From NCBI GenBank assembly GCA_038153405.1, contig JAYOYH010000002.1:123904-187903 (forward strand): a DNA stretch of 64,000 bases. Reading direction: 5' to 3'. The notes beneath the pieces are model-generated. The model ran no database searches. It saw only the letters and a list, made by a program, of their open reading frames with translations, and had not been told where the DNA came from. Made by a program: the position numbers and the translations under genes. Below, in pieces: positions 19,295 through 29,350 of the stretch (position 1 is its first letter; the number at the start of each line of letters is the position of its first letter). The stretch is from Gemmatimonadota bacterium (GTDB lineage: Bacteria > Latescibacterota > UBA2968 > UBA8231).

Positions 19295-20209
19295 ATGGGA
19301 CACATCGTTAAAATAGCGCGCATAACCATCGTCTTTACCCTGCTCATCGGCCTGCGCGCAGAGGGGGCCGAAACGCCCGAGACCATCCTCATACGCCAGA
19401 CGCTGAGCGCCGATTTATCAGGTCATCGCCGCGGCGACCTAGACCTCACCCTATCGGCATACGACGAATATCTGGCCGCCTACGATGGCAACGGCAGCTC
19501 TGACCCACGCGGCTGGAGCATTCGCCACGAAAGCCGCGATGCCCTCAAGGCCAGCTTGGAGCAAGACCTGCAAGCCAACCGCTACGAAACGGAGCGCACC
19601 GTGCCGGCCATTCAGGTCCGTGGCAACGTCGCCACGGCTACGACAATCGATTCTGGGCGCGTGATCGACCGTCAAAATGGCACCGAGCGCACGGTGTACG
19701 AGAAGCGCCTGTGGACGCTCTTTAAACGCGAAGACCGCTGGCGCATCACCGCCTTTGTAGCCTCTTTGGGCGACTCTGCCGCGCCTGTACGGCCATCGGC
19801 CAACGACGAAGTCAGCGCCGTGCTCGCCCGCGAAGAAGAGGCGCGCGAAGCCGGCGACAGCGGCGATTTGCTATCGCTCTTTGCCGAAAACTTCAGCGGC
19901 TACGACGGCAAGGAATCGCTCAACCCAGCCGCGTGGAAAATCATCTTTAGCGGCACGGAAGAGTTTGAGAAGCACCTCGTGCGCCGCCTGCCGCACGTGG
20001 CGTACCAGGTGGATCGCCAGCTCCTTTCGACCCAGGTTGGTCCCCAGCAGCGCGAGGCCATCGCCGTAACGCGTGACAAGGTCCAGGTAACCCACGAGCG
20101 CGGCGAGTCGGAGCACGCGGTGGAACAGTATGTTATGTGGACGCTGAGCAAGCGAGACGGCGACTGGAAAATAACCAATATGCTCTATAACCTAGGCCCG
20201 TCCGAATGA
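19295..20209 (+). CDS. Secreted protein with two NTF2/SnoaL-like (DUF4440-like) domains
   Basis: Signal peptide. The two halves end in LWTLFKREDRWRIT and MWTLSKRDGDWKIT. GGAGGAG RBS. Confidence 0.7.
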   Translation: MGHIVKIARITIVFTLLIGLRAEGAETPETILIRQTLSADLSGHRRGDLDLTLSAYDEYLAAYDGNGSSDPRGWSIRHESRDALKASLEQDLQANRYETERTVPAIQVRGNVATATTIDSGRVIDRQNGTERTVYEKRLWTLFKREDRWRITAFVASLGDSAAPVRPSANDEVSAVLAREEEAREAGDSGDLLSLFAENFSGYDGKESLNPAAWKIIFSGTEEFEKHLVRRLPHVAYQVDRQLLSTQVGPQQREAIAVTRDKVQVTHERGESEHAVEQYVMWTLSKRDGDWKITNMLYNLGPSE

Positions 20210-20215
20210 GGCGCG

Positions 20216-21457
20216 ATGAGCAGCAAAGTAAACAACTACGAGAATACTAACCGCCTTTTTGACAAAGCGGCCGACCTCATCAATCTCGATGTGGAAACGC
20301 GCCTACTCCTCAAAACCCCCTTTCGAGAAATCCAAGTAGAAATTCCGCTGCGGCTCGACGACGGCAGCCTGAAGATATTTGTCGGCTACCGCGTGCAGCA
20401 CAACGCCGCGCGCGGCCCCATGAAGGGCGGCCTGCGCTTTCACCCCGAAGTTGACTTTGACGAAGTGCGCTCGCTCGCCTCGCTGATGACCTGGAAAACC
20501 TCCCTTGTCAACGTGCCCTTTGGCGGCGCCAAGGGAGGCATCAACTGCGACCCCAAAGAGCTAACTTCGCGCGAATTGGAGCGCATTACGCGTAAGTTCA
20601 CCTCGCGTTTAGGCTTTGCCTTTGGCATCCAACAAGACATACCGGCACCCGACGTAAATACCAATGCGCAGACTATGGCTTGGATCATGGACCAGTACAG
20701 CGCGCAGTACGGCTATACGCCGGGCATCGTTACCGGCAAGCCAATCGAGTTGGGCGGCTCGCCCGGCCGTGAAGCGGCCACCGGCCGAGGCGTCTCCATA
20801 ATCACGCAAGCAGCCGCAGCCGATGAGGGTATCGACATCAACGGTGCGCGCGTCGTCGTGCAGGGATTTGGCAACGTCGGCTCATATACGGCCCTCTTTC
20901 TGCACGAAGCTGGCGCTAAGATCATCGCCGTCGGCGACCACTCCGGCGCGATATACAACGGCGATGGCTTCGACGTGCCCGCCCTTTTCGAACACGCGCG
21001 CAGAGAGCGCACCATCGCCGGTTTCGCAGGTGAAGCGTTAGACAATGCAGCGCTTTTGGAAGAAGACTGCGACATACTCATCCCCGCCGCTCTAGGCGGT
21101 GTTATCACGCGCGACAACGCCAACGCTATTCGCGCGCGCATGGTCATCGAAGCGGCCAACTCACCGATCACCACCATCGGCGACGAGATTCTCGACGAGC
21201 GCAACATAACGGTCGTTCCAGACATTCTCGCCAACGCCGGCGGCGTTACCGTATCCTATTTTGAATGGGTGCAAAATGTTCAGGTGTTTAGCTGGGATGA
21301 GTCGCGCGTCAACGAGCAGTTGGAGAAGTATATGCTGCGCGCCTACCAGTCGGTGCGCGACATAATGAGGGAGCGCAAGGCGCGCATGCGCAATGCCGCC
21401 TTTAGTATTGCCATTGCGCGCGTGGCCCACGCCGAGCGCATTCGCGGCGATCTCTAA
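20216..21457 (+). CDS. gdhA: Glu/Leu/Phe/Val dehydrogenase (glutamate dehydrogenase)
   Basis: GYRVQHN.ARGPMKGGLRF, FGGAKGG, DIPAPDV, QGFGNVG and NAGGVTVSYFEWVQN. Confidence 0.92.
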   Translation: MSSKVNNYENTNRLFDKAADLINLDVETRLLLKTPFREIQVEIPLRLDDGSLKIFVGYRVQHNAARGPMKGGLRFHPEVDFDEVRSLASLMTWKTSLVNVPFGGAKGGINCDPKELTSRELERITRKFTSRLGFAFGIQQDIPAPDVNTNAQTMAWIMDQYSAQYGYTPGIVTGKPIELGGSPGREAATGRGVSIITQAAAADEGIDINGARVVVQGFGNVGSYTALFLHEAGAKIIAVGDHSGAIYNGDGFDVPALFEHARRERTIAGFAGEALDNAALLEEDCDILIPAALGGVITRDNANAIRARMVIEAANSPITTIGDEILDERNITVVPDILANAGGVTVSYFEWVQNVQVFSWDESRVNEQLEKYMLRAYQSVRDIMRERKARMRNAAFSIAIARVAHAERIRGDL

Positions 21458-21516
21458 GGCGGGCGGCGCGCTGCCAAACGCCGCCTAAGCGCACGCATCC
21501 ATGCACGGGAGGGCAC

Positions 21517-23388
21517 ATGGAGAAACTGGTTTGGCTTATCCTATTTACACTGGGCTATTGGAGCTACTGCATCTTCTGGGGCATAAAGGGCGCGCGCACG
21601 AGCAAAACGGCGAGCGACTACTTTATTGCCGGACGCAGCATCGGCCTGTGGGTATTCGTGCTGGCCGCCACGGCGACTTCTTTTAGCGGCTGGACCTTCG
21701 TAGGCCACCCCGGTACGATATACAGCGTTGGCCTACCGTACGCCTTCGCCTCGTTCTACGCCATCACCATTCCCTTCACCGGCGTTTTGTTTCTCAAGCG
21801 CCAGTGGCTCTTGGGCAAGCGTTTTGGCTATATAACGCCGGGCGAAATGTTTAGCGACTACTACCGCAGCGACGCCATGCGCCTGCTGACGGTCGTCGTG
21901 GCCATGGTGTTCAGCGTGCCCTACCTCGGCGTCCAGCTCAAAGCATCTGGCCTGCTGTTCAACCGCCTGCTGGCGGGCACCCCGATGGAGCACACCGTAT
22001 TCGCCTCCGTTGAAGGCGGCGCCATCATGCTCTCGGTCGTAGTCTTTATCTATGTTGCTTCCGGCGGCTTGCGCTCGGTCGCCTATGTCGACTGCGCTCA
22101 GTGCATCCTGCTGGCGCTCGGCATCGTCGCTCTCGGTTTGATTGCCCTCGACCTAGTGGGCGGCTGGCAGGCATTTAAGGACGGACTCGCCTCGCTGGCG
22201 CAGCAAAAACCCGACATGGTCGCCATACCAACCCGCCCCGAGTCGACGTCCTTCCTAGAGCGCGCCGGCACGCTCTTCTTCGACAGCGCAGGCGGGCCGT
22301 GGACGGGTTTGATGATTCTAACCTACATGTTCGCCCTGATGGGCATTCAGTCGGCACCGGCTTTTTCCATGTGGGCCTTTGCCAACCGCGACCCTGGCCC
22401 TTTCCGCTGGCAACAGGTGTTCGCCTCGTCGCTGGTCATCGGCGGCATCATGTTCTTTTTTACCGCTATCCAAGGTCTGGGGGGGCGCATTCTCGATATG
22501 GGCTTGCTGCCCAATACGACGCCGCTCAACCTACCGTCTTCCGACTATCTGGTCCCCTACCTCATCGACACGCTCTCCGCCCATTTTCCCTGGTTGCTCG
22601 GCCTCTTAGCCGTCTGTGCGCTGGCTGCCATGCAGTCTACCGGAGCCGCCTATATGTCCACGGCCAGCGGCATCATCACCCGCGACCTCTACCGCCATTT
22701 CTTTAACCGAGAGGCATCGCAGGAGGCACAAGTGCTCGTGGGGCGGGTTACCGTCGGGGTCGTCGTCAGCATGGCGCTGATAGTCGGATTGGCGTCGGGC
22801 GATCTGCTCGTTCTATTGGGCGGGCTGGCCGTTTCGTATGGCTTTCAGATGTGGCCCGCCCTGTTAGGTATCTGCTACATTCGGTTTTTCACTGGCAAGG
22901 GCGTGGCCTGGGGTCTGGCAGCAGGTCTGACCGCCGTCACTTTCACCTACATAACCGAGTTAGGCAGTTTGATTGGCATTGGTCGCTACCCACTAACGCT
23001 GCACAGCGCGGGATGGGGCATTCTGTTCAACTTGGTCGTCACCACGCTGGTCAGCGCCCTGACGCAGGGCGAAGAAAACGGGGCTACTCATCGCGGACGT
23101 TATCACGATTTCTTGCGCGAGCACACCGTTCTTCCCACGGAAAAGAAAAAGTGGAAAAGGCCCATCTGGCTGCTAACCATCGTCTGGTTCCTCTTTGCCA
23201 TCGGCCCCTTTGCCGTTCTCGGCAACGAAACCAATCCGACCAACTGGCCGCTGGGCATTCCCACCATATGGATCTGGCAAGTCATCTGGTGGCTCGTCGG
23301 CTGCCTCATGATGTATCTGCTGGCATTTAAGCTGGAGATGTCCACGGTTCCACCGCGTCAGGTCGAGCCCATCTCCCAAGACGATTAG
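21517..23388 (+). CDS. Sodium:solute symporter family protein
   Basis: DYFIAGR, ATSFSGWTFVG, GGLRSVAYVD and AAMQST; many TM segments. Confidence 0.9.
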   Translation: MEKLVWLILFTLGYWSYCIFWGIKGARTSKTASDYFIAGRSIGLWVFVLAATATSFSGWTFVGHPGTIYSVGLPYAFASFYAITIPFTGVLFLKRQWLLGKRFGYITPGEMFSDYYRSDAMRLLTVVVAMVFSVPYLGVQLKASGLLFNRLLAGTPMEHTVFASVEGGAIMLSVVVFIYVASGGLRSVAYVDCAQCILLALGIVALGLIALDLVGGWQAFKDGLASLAQQKPDMVAIPTRPESTSFLERAGTLFFDSAGGPWTGLMILTYMFALMGIQSAPAFSMWAFANRDPGPFRWQQVFASSLVIGGIMFFFTAIQGLGGRILDMGLLPNTTPLNLPSSDYLVPYLIDTLSAHFPWLLGLLAVCALAAMQSTGAAYMSTASGIITRDLYRHFFNREASQEAQVLVGRVTVGVVVSMALIVGLASGDLLVLLGGLAVSYGFQMWPALLGICYIRFFTGKGVAWGLAAGLTAVTFTYITELGSLIGIGRYPLTLHSAGWGILFNLVVTTLVSALTQGEENGATHRGRYHDFLREHTVLPTEKKKWKRPIWLLTIVWFLFAIGPFAVLGNETNPTNWPLGIPTIWIWQVIWWLVGCLMMYLLAFKLEMSTVPPRQVEPISQDD

Positions 23389-23406
23389 CGACTGCGGATC
23401 TGCACG

Positions 23407-25095
23407 GTGACAATGCCAGGTGTTCGCCTAATCCTTCCACCGGCGCTGACCGCGCTTGTCTGTGCTCTGCTGCCCGAGCGCGGCGGCGCGGACGGATGGA
23501 GCCTATTCCCACCTCTGCTGGCTATTGTCGTTGCCGTGGCATCAGGGCGCTTGGTATGGGGCCTGTGCCTAGCCCTCTTCTGCGGTGCTCTAATCGCCCA
23601 ACCCGTCGGCACGCCGCTCTACGCACTGCCCCTGCACGCATTGTACACAGCCGTTGTAGACTTCGTGTGGACTCCCCTGCGCGATTCTTTCCAACTCTAC
23701 ATACTCGGATTCACCGCTTCGCTCATCGGCATGGTGCGCGTCATCTCGCTGGCCGGCGGCACGCGCGGCATCGCCGAACTCCTCGTGCGCCGAGCGGCGG
23801 GCGCTCGCTCTACGCGCTTGGCAACGGCCCTGCTCGGAATGGCCATTTTCTTCGACGACTACGCCAACACCATTGTCGTTGGAACGACGATGCGACCGAT
23901 CACTGATCGCTTTCGCATCAGCCGCGAAAAACTGGCTTACCTAGTCGACTCGACGGCCGCGCCTGTCGCCGGCATCGCCATTATCAGCACCTGGATAGGC
24001 TTTGAAGTCGGCCTCTTTGAAGATGCGATGAACAGCTTGGGAACGAATATATCTGGCTATGAGCTCTTTTTTCGCGCCCTGCCCGCGCGCTTCTACTGTT
24101 TACTAACGCTATTCTTCGTCTTCGTATCGACCCTCATGCGGCGCGATTTCGGCCCCATGCTGAAGGCCGAGCGCCGCGCCCGGTTGCATAACCAACCGCT
24201 GGCACCGGGCGCCCAGCCCATGACCGGCGAAGAAAGTGCCGTCCCTGAACACCCCGATATAGAGGCGCATTGGTCGGTGGCCGCCCTGCCCGTCGGACTA
24301 GTCATCTTGGCCGTTCTCGCCGGCATGCACTGGGATGCGCGCAGTGCCGAAGCCGTAATCGCCGCGCGCGGCGAAGGCGCCCTTTTTAGCCGGAGCTATT
24401 GGACGGCCGTTTTTTCCAACGCCGATGGGGCAAAGGTCATGCTCTTATCCTCTCTGGCCGGATCGGTGCTGGCCTTTGTGCTGGCGCGCACGCGACGCAG
24501 CGCCGTCGATGGCAGCCGACCGCTCTCCTTCGCTGCGATTCTTCGCACATGGGCATCGGGCATAACGGGCTTTTACTATGCCCTGCTCATTCTCGTGCTG
24601 GCCTGGGCCATTAAAGAAATGTGCCAAGCCGTACACACCTCTGACTACTTGGTCGGTGCCCTGGAAAACGTGCTCAATCCGCACTTCCTGCCGCTCATCG
24701 TCTTTTCTCTGGCGGCAGCCGTAGCCTTCTCTATTGGCACCTCTTGGACTACGATGGCCATTTTGCTGCCGACGATGATTCCAGTTGCCTATCAACTGGG
24801 CGACCTAGCCCTGACCGTGCTCGTCGCGGCAGCCGTGCTCGACGGAGCCATATTCGGCGACCACTGTTCGCCGCTGAGCGATACGACTGTTCTTTCGAGT
24901 ATAGCTGCTTCCTGCGACCACATCGCCCATGTGCGCACGCAAGCGCCGTATGCCCTGACGACGATGGGCATCGCCGCTACCTTTGGCTATCTGGGCAGCA
25001 CGCTGTTCTATTCGACTGTTGTGGGATTGCTACTGAGTATGGCGGCCGTCGTTATTGCACTGGTCGTTTTCGGCCGCAATCCGGACAGTGCGTAG
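23407..25095 (+). CDS. Na+/H+ antiporter NhaC family protein (putative amino-acid transporter)
   Basis: IFFDDYAN, SREKLAYLVDSTAAP, GTSW and GAIFGDHCSPLSDTTVLSS. Confidence 0.9.
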   Translation: MTMPGVRLILPPALTALVCALLPERGGADGWSLFPPLLAIVVAVASGRLVWGLCLALFCGALIAQPVGTPLYALPLHALYTAVVDFVWTPLRDSFQLYILGFTASLIGMVRVISLAGGTRGIAELLVRRAAGARSTRLATALLGMAIFFDDYANTIVVGTTMRPITDRFRISREKLAYLVDSTAAPVAGIAIISTWIGFEVGLFEDAMNSLGTNISGYELFFRALPARFYCLLTLFFVFVSTLMRRDFGPMLKAERRARLHNQPLAPGAQPMTGEESAVPEHPDIEAHWSVAALPVGLVILAVLAGMHWDARSAEAVIAARGEGALFSRSYWTAVFSNADGAKVMLLSSLAGSVLAFVLARTRRSAVDGSRPLSFAAILRTWASGITGFYYALLILVLAWAIKEMCQAVHTSDYLVGALENVLNPHFLPLIVFSLAAAVAFSIGTSWTTMAILLPTMIPVAYQLGDLALTVLVAAAVLDGAIFGDHCSPLSDTTVLSSIAASCDHIAHVRTQAPYALTTMGIAATFGYLGSTLFYSTVVGLLLSMAAVVIALVVFGRNPDSA

Positions 25096-25228
25096 TGCTG
25101 CCCATACGCACACACCACATTCGATGTATCTCATTTTTGCTCTTCGCATTACATTCGAGTGGTCTTAAAAGCACAATGAGGTATGGGTTTTTCATTGACC
25201 AAAGCACACGGAGTTTAAATTCTCCATT

Positions 25229-26590
25229 ATGAATACTGACGCTATTGATTCAACGCGTATTGGGCGTATTAGAAGCTTAGTCCTCCGCGGACATACCCTC
25301 CTAGTTATGTCTACCTTGTTCCAGATCGTCTGGTTGCTGTTAATCTGGGCGACAAAGGCTACCAACCAGATCGATAAAATATATTTTTTACTGATGTACA
25401 CTGCCATCACAGGCGCAGCACTCTATTTCTTCCCTCAAACAGGTGCCGACAAAAAACTAATACCAATCAATTGGAGTGATAGAAGAAAGCTGTTCTATCT
25501 GAGTATAGCGGTTGCTCTTATAGGCATTGGATATTCTAAATTTCAAATCTTTCAAGCACTCGCGACTGAGTCTGGTCCCTTTAGTGCATCTTTGGTCGTT
25601 GCACGACAAGGCCTATCGAGTTTTTTCGATCAGTATACCGATTTGGGGCGTTGGCTTAGCGCGGCACCACCACTAGTGCCCATTATGAATGGCTTGGTCA
25701 TTCAATTTTTGGGCGAAAGCATATTTATATCTCGTCTTGTAAGTCTGGTTTTCGGAATTGGCACAATTTGGCTCGTGTACTATCTGGCAAGAGATCTCAG
25801 GAACTCGCAGACAGGCCTTCTTGCCGCTTTTGTATTTGCCTGTCAACCATATTTTTTACGCCTGTCAACAGCAATATCGAACGATATGCAAATCACTTTT
25901 TTTTCAACTCTAACTCTATTGGTAATCTTACGCCTTCGTCATGCGTCCTCCAATCGGCTTTCTATCTTCGGAGGAGTTGCCATGGCACTCGGCCTCCTAA
26001 GTAAATACAATATGCTATTGGTCTATCCCATTGCAGTGTTTATATACTGGCAAAACTACTCCTCTAAGCACTTTCGTCAGCAATTGCTCTTGCTACTTGC
26101 TATTGCAACTACTCTATTGAGCGGATGGATAGCATTCGCCTATAATTTGGGAATATTCGATTTGCAAAAGGAGACATTGGCAGGTTTTTCCAGCACGCAA
26201 GTACAAGAGGAGTGGGGAAAGTGGATGTTTTTGGAGTTCGTCTTCACACGCTTGCCATCGGCTCTTGGCGTGTACACAATTCCCACCGTTGTGATCGGTA
26301 TTTTTTTAATGGGAATTAGCTGGCAAACATCTACGAGTCGCCTCTTATCTATTTGGATTTGCTCTTTTTTTGTACCATTCTCATTAACCCTGCCCGATGC
26401 ACGCTATTGCCTTCCCGCTTTTCCCGTCATCGCTATTTTAGCTGCAGACGGTATGGAGCACATTACATCCAATCGCTGGAAAGTCATCGCATCTCTTGCA
26501 ATTAATTGTGCAGGTTCACTCTATCTCTTTATAGACTGGCAGCGGACACACCACCTCTTTATTGAAGAGTATCTCCCATACATGCCCTAA
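25229..26590 (+). CDS. GT-C membrane glycosyltransferase (ArnT/PMT family 39-like)
   Basis: Polytopic. PPL, SRLVSLVFG..T....Y.LA, LGLLSKY and RY.LP motifs. AT-rich. Confidence 0.75.
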   Translation: MNTDAIDSTRIGRIRSLVLRGHTLLVMSTLFQIVWLLLIWATKATNQIDKIYFLLMYTAITGAALYFFPQTGADKKLIPINWSDRRKLFYLSIAVALIGIGYSKFQIFQALATESGPFSASLVVARQGLSSFFDQYTDLGRWLSAAPPLVPIMNGLVIQFLGESIFISRLVSLVFGIGTIWLVYYLARDLRNSQTGLLAAFVFACQPYFLRLSTAISNDMQITFFSTLTLLVILRLRHASSNRLSIFGGVAMALGLLSKYNMLLVYPIAVFIYWQNYSSKHFRQQLLLLLAIATTLLSGWIAFAYNLGIFDLQKETLAGFSSTQVQEEWGKWMFLEFVFTRLPSALGVYTIPTVVIGIFLMGISWQTSTSRLLSIWICSFFVPFSLTLPDARYCLPAFPVIAILAADGMEHITSNRWKVIASLAINCAGSLYLFIDWQRTHHLFIEEYLPYMP

Positions 26591-26824
26591 GCTGGTAGTG
26601 GATACACTAAACAAGTTAAACCCGAATAGGCCCTTGCCAACGCAAATTCCCTAAAAGGGAAAAAATTTCCACCACTTACTTTAAAAAGTTATTCTCTTTT
26701 TGCTGGTTGGTTATTTGGGTACACTCAAGTCCAACAAAATAGCTGCGTACGACAAATAGAATCGTTGGTATAGCCTTTGCTGTTGTGTGAAAGGAATTTT
26801 TCCTCCAGACAGGAGAGGTTTGTT

Positions 26825-27640
26825 ATGCCAGCACGCATGGATCACAGTGCCCATTTACCGGGCATGCATCAAAATTTTAACGTGTATTTCGATAGCACTG
26901 GTGGTCAGATGGAGCAAACTACCTTGAATACGACACACGAAAAAAAAATTATAGTTGTAATGCCAGCATATAATGCAGCACGCACATTAAAAAAAACGTT
27001 TGATGACTTACCTCATGAAATTATTGATACGGTCATTTTAGTTGATGATGCAAGCCAAGACAGGACTGTAGAAATAGCCCATCAGCTAAACCTCAACGTC
27101 TTGGTCCACGATAGCAACCGCGGCTACGGAGCAAATCAAAAGACGTGTTATAAGGCAGCGCTCCAAGAAGGCGCGACGATCATAGCAATGGTGCATCCAG
27201 ACTACCAGTACGACCCCAAATTACTTCCTGAAATTGTTGAGCCCCTTATAAACGGGGAATCTGACGTAGTATTGGGCTCGCGAATGCTGAGCAGCAATGC
27301 TTATCACCAAGGAATGCCCTGGTGGAAATATGTGGGCAATAAACTGCTCACAGGCATAGAAAACCTAGTATTTGGGCTAAATTTATCCGAGTATCACACC
27401 GGCTACAGAGCGTATAGCAGCAACGTTCTTAACGCTATAGACTTTGATAAAAACTCTGACGGCTTCATATTTGACCAGGAAATCATCGCCCAAATAGTGC
27501 GGTGCAATTATCGAATTAGCGAGGTGCCTGTCCCCACCCGCTACTTCGCCGAGGCTTCTTCCATCAGCTTCTGGAACAGTGTGGTATATGGGCTAAAAAT
27601 ACTCTCTTTGCTGTGTCGGTATGTCATTATCAAGAAATAA
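26825..27640 (+). CDS. Glycosyltransferase family 2, polyprenol-phosphate glycosyltransferase (DPM1-like)
   Basis: VVMPAYNA, LVDDASQD, NRGYGANQK, HPDYQYDP, LGSR and EYHTGYRAYS. AGGAGAGG RBS before ATG 26825; a start at 26909 is also possible. Confidence 0.88.
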   Translation: MPARMDHSAHLPGMHQNFNVYFDSTGGQMEQTTLNTTHEKKIIVVMPAYNAARTLKKTFDDLPHEIIDTVILVDDASQDRTVEIAHQLNLNVLVHDSNRGYGANQKTCYKAALQEGATIIAMVHPDYQYDPKLLPEIVEPLINGESDVVLGSRMLSSNAYHQGMPWWKYVGNKLLTGIENLVFGLNLSEYHTGYRAYSSNVLNAIDFDKNSDGFIFDQEIIAQIVRCNYRISEVPVPTRYFAEASSISFWNSVVYGLKILSLLCRYVIIKK

Positions 27641-27653
27641 TGCCACGTATCAA

Positions 27654-28343
27654 TTAACTATTTTGCTGCGCCCTAAATCGTGCTTTTATAATCACCTGGT
27701 AAGCAAACATCGAAGGCCACATACGAGCGAAGATTTGGTATACTGCAGTCAATTGGTTGACTACATTCATTCTCGTGCTACTTGGCATTGCAGAGAAAAC
27801 CAGTTCAAATGGAATCGGTGTCGATAACCTATCGAAAACGCAAAAACCCGCTGTTGCAATTTCAGCGGCAAAGCTAGCTGGCGTAAATAAATGCACGTGG
27901 TCGCGATCGAGAATCCCTCTATCACGGTATTCAAAGCGCCCAATGAGTAGCAACATTCGATAGACAAAAAGAGTTATGTTGCCTGTAGATGCAATTAGTG
28001 TACCTCCGGGCTTGAGACAGTGAGCTATATCGTTTAACAGTCGCGCTCTACTTCTGATATGCTCTAAAACATCTGCTGCGATCACATAGTCAAATACATT
28101 TTCGCCAACTGGCGGCAACCCAGATTCCAAATCGTGTTGTATATACTTTTCCATATTCTGACTGAAAGAGCGATCGTCTTTTTCACCATCAACGCCAATA
28201 ACTTTGCAACCCTTTTCTGCTAATCGGCTGCTCAATAATCCCCTACCACATCCTACGTCCAACACCGATGCCCCGGCATCTATCGCATCGATAATCTGAT
28301 TGTGCGAACTAAATCGGTCGTGTTTAAAAGTGTAGGCTGACAT
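27654..28343 (-). CDS. Class I SAM-dependent methyltransferase
   Basis: VLDVGCGRG, ADVLEH, LKPGG and GILDRDHVHLFT. Confidence 0.88.
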   Translation of the reverse strand: MSAYTFKHDRFSSHNQIIDAIDAGASVLDVGCGRGLLSSRLAEKGCKVIGVDGEKDDRSFSQNMEKYIQHDLESGLPPVGENVFDYVIAADVLEHIRSRARLLNDIAHCLKPGGTLIASTGNITLFVYRMLLLIGRFEYRDRGILDRDHVHLFTPASFAAEIATAGFCVFDRLSTPIPFELVFSAMPSSTRMNVVNQLTAVYQIFARMWPSMFAYQVIIKARFRAQQNS

Positions 28344-28355
28344 ACTCTTTAACCC

Positions 28356-28847
28356 TTACCAGCTGGATGTGCTTCGATCAATCAACTCCTCGACGACCAT
28401 GTCGAGCGCCTTTTCGATCGCCGGATCGCGCCCTTCCGCATCGGACAGGGCCGCATCGTAGGTGCTCCACCCTTCCATCGGCGCAAATTCGACGAGCACC
28501 TCTTCGTCGAGCGTGCGCACCAGTTGTCCGCTTACGCGCAAGAGGAAACGATACTGTTCGGTTTGCTCGGCCGATGTGTAGGTAAACGGCTTGTCTTCCA
28601 CGCGTAGAACGACCAATTGCAGCAGCGCATCCGCGCTCTCTTCATCGACGATGCGCAAGCGACCGTCGCGCGTATACGCGTTGACAGCGCGCTCGCTGAG
28701 CGCTTCGGCAATATCGAACTCAGCCGTCTGGCTCTCGGCAACGGGCACGCCAATGCTGCGAATTCCACCGGCCAAACCACCCGACGTCGAATAATGGGCG
28801 CAGCCCACCGAAAGCACTATGAGCGCCGCCCATAGCCTATGGCCCAT
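28356..28847 (-). CDS. LptE family (LPS assembly) lipoprotein
   Basis: Lipobox SVGC followed by YS, IRSIGVP and ADALL, ending in a SW terminus as in Bacteroidota-type LptE. Confidence 0.65.
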   Translation of the reverse strand: MGHRLWAALIVLSVGCAHYSTSGGLAGGIRSIGVPVAESQTAEFDIAEALSERAVNAYTRDGRLRIVDEESADALLQLVVLRVEDKPFTYTSAEQTEQYRFLLRVSGQLVRTLDEEVLVEFAPMEGWSTYDAALSDAEGRDPAIEKALDMVVEELIDRSTSSW

Positions 28848-29283
28848 CTGCACGGGCTTCCTCTTCTTCCTCATCGCCATCGACCAGCGAACGGGCGCAG
28901 TCGCCAAGAGCGATGGGCCGCGCCTGCGGGCTTCCCAAGCGCTCGGTCGAACGCACGTCGAAGCGCTGCCAACCGCTGGTCCGCCCCACCGACTGCTCGG
29001 CCATCAGCGTGCTAAGCGGACGCGTATCTCCTACGACTACCGCCGCTTCGGCCGGCGCCCGCACCGTGCACATAGTATCCTGCACGTGCGTGACGATAAC
29101 GCGCGCTTTGACCACCTCCCAGCGTCCCAAGCTATCGCCGCTATCGGGATCGCGTATTTCAGCGTGTTCGGCAACGATCACAAAAGCCATTCCCTCGCGC
29201 ACTCCACGCGTTAGCCCGGCGTTGAGCACCAGGGTCGTATCATCGATAATCGCCGCGACCTTCGCCTCTATTACAGCCTGCAT
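28837..29283 (-). CDS. Hypothetical protein, FlgT C-terminal-like beta domain
   Basis: LVLNAG...GVREG..F.....EIRDPDSGDSLG pattern. GGAGGA RBS. Confidence 0.6.
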   Translation of the reverse strand: MQAVIEAKVAAIIDDTTLVLNAGLTRGVREGMAFVIVAEHAEIRDPDSGDSLGRWEVVKARVIVTHVQDTMCTVRAPAEAAVVVGDTRPLSTLMAEQSVGRTSGWQRFDVRSTERLGSPQARPIALGDCARSLVDGDEEEEEARADGP

Positions 29284-29298
29284 ATTCCACACTCCTCC

Positions 29299-29331
29299 AA
29301 AAAAAAACCGGCCCGCCCGCGGGCGAACCGG
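29299..29331 (-). terminator. Rho-independent terminator after the M23 gene
   Basis: Minus-strand hairpin CCGGTTCGCCC/GGGCGGGCCGG followed by T9. Confidence 0.8.
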
Positions 29332-29350
29332 CTACGCAGTTGCGCGCCTG

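Noticed and set aside
25100..28350. Prophage or IS as carrier of the AT-rich islet
   Set aside because: No integrase, transposase, tRNA target or flanking direct repeats were seen.
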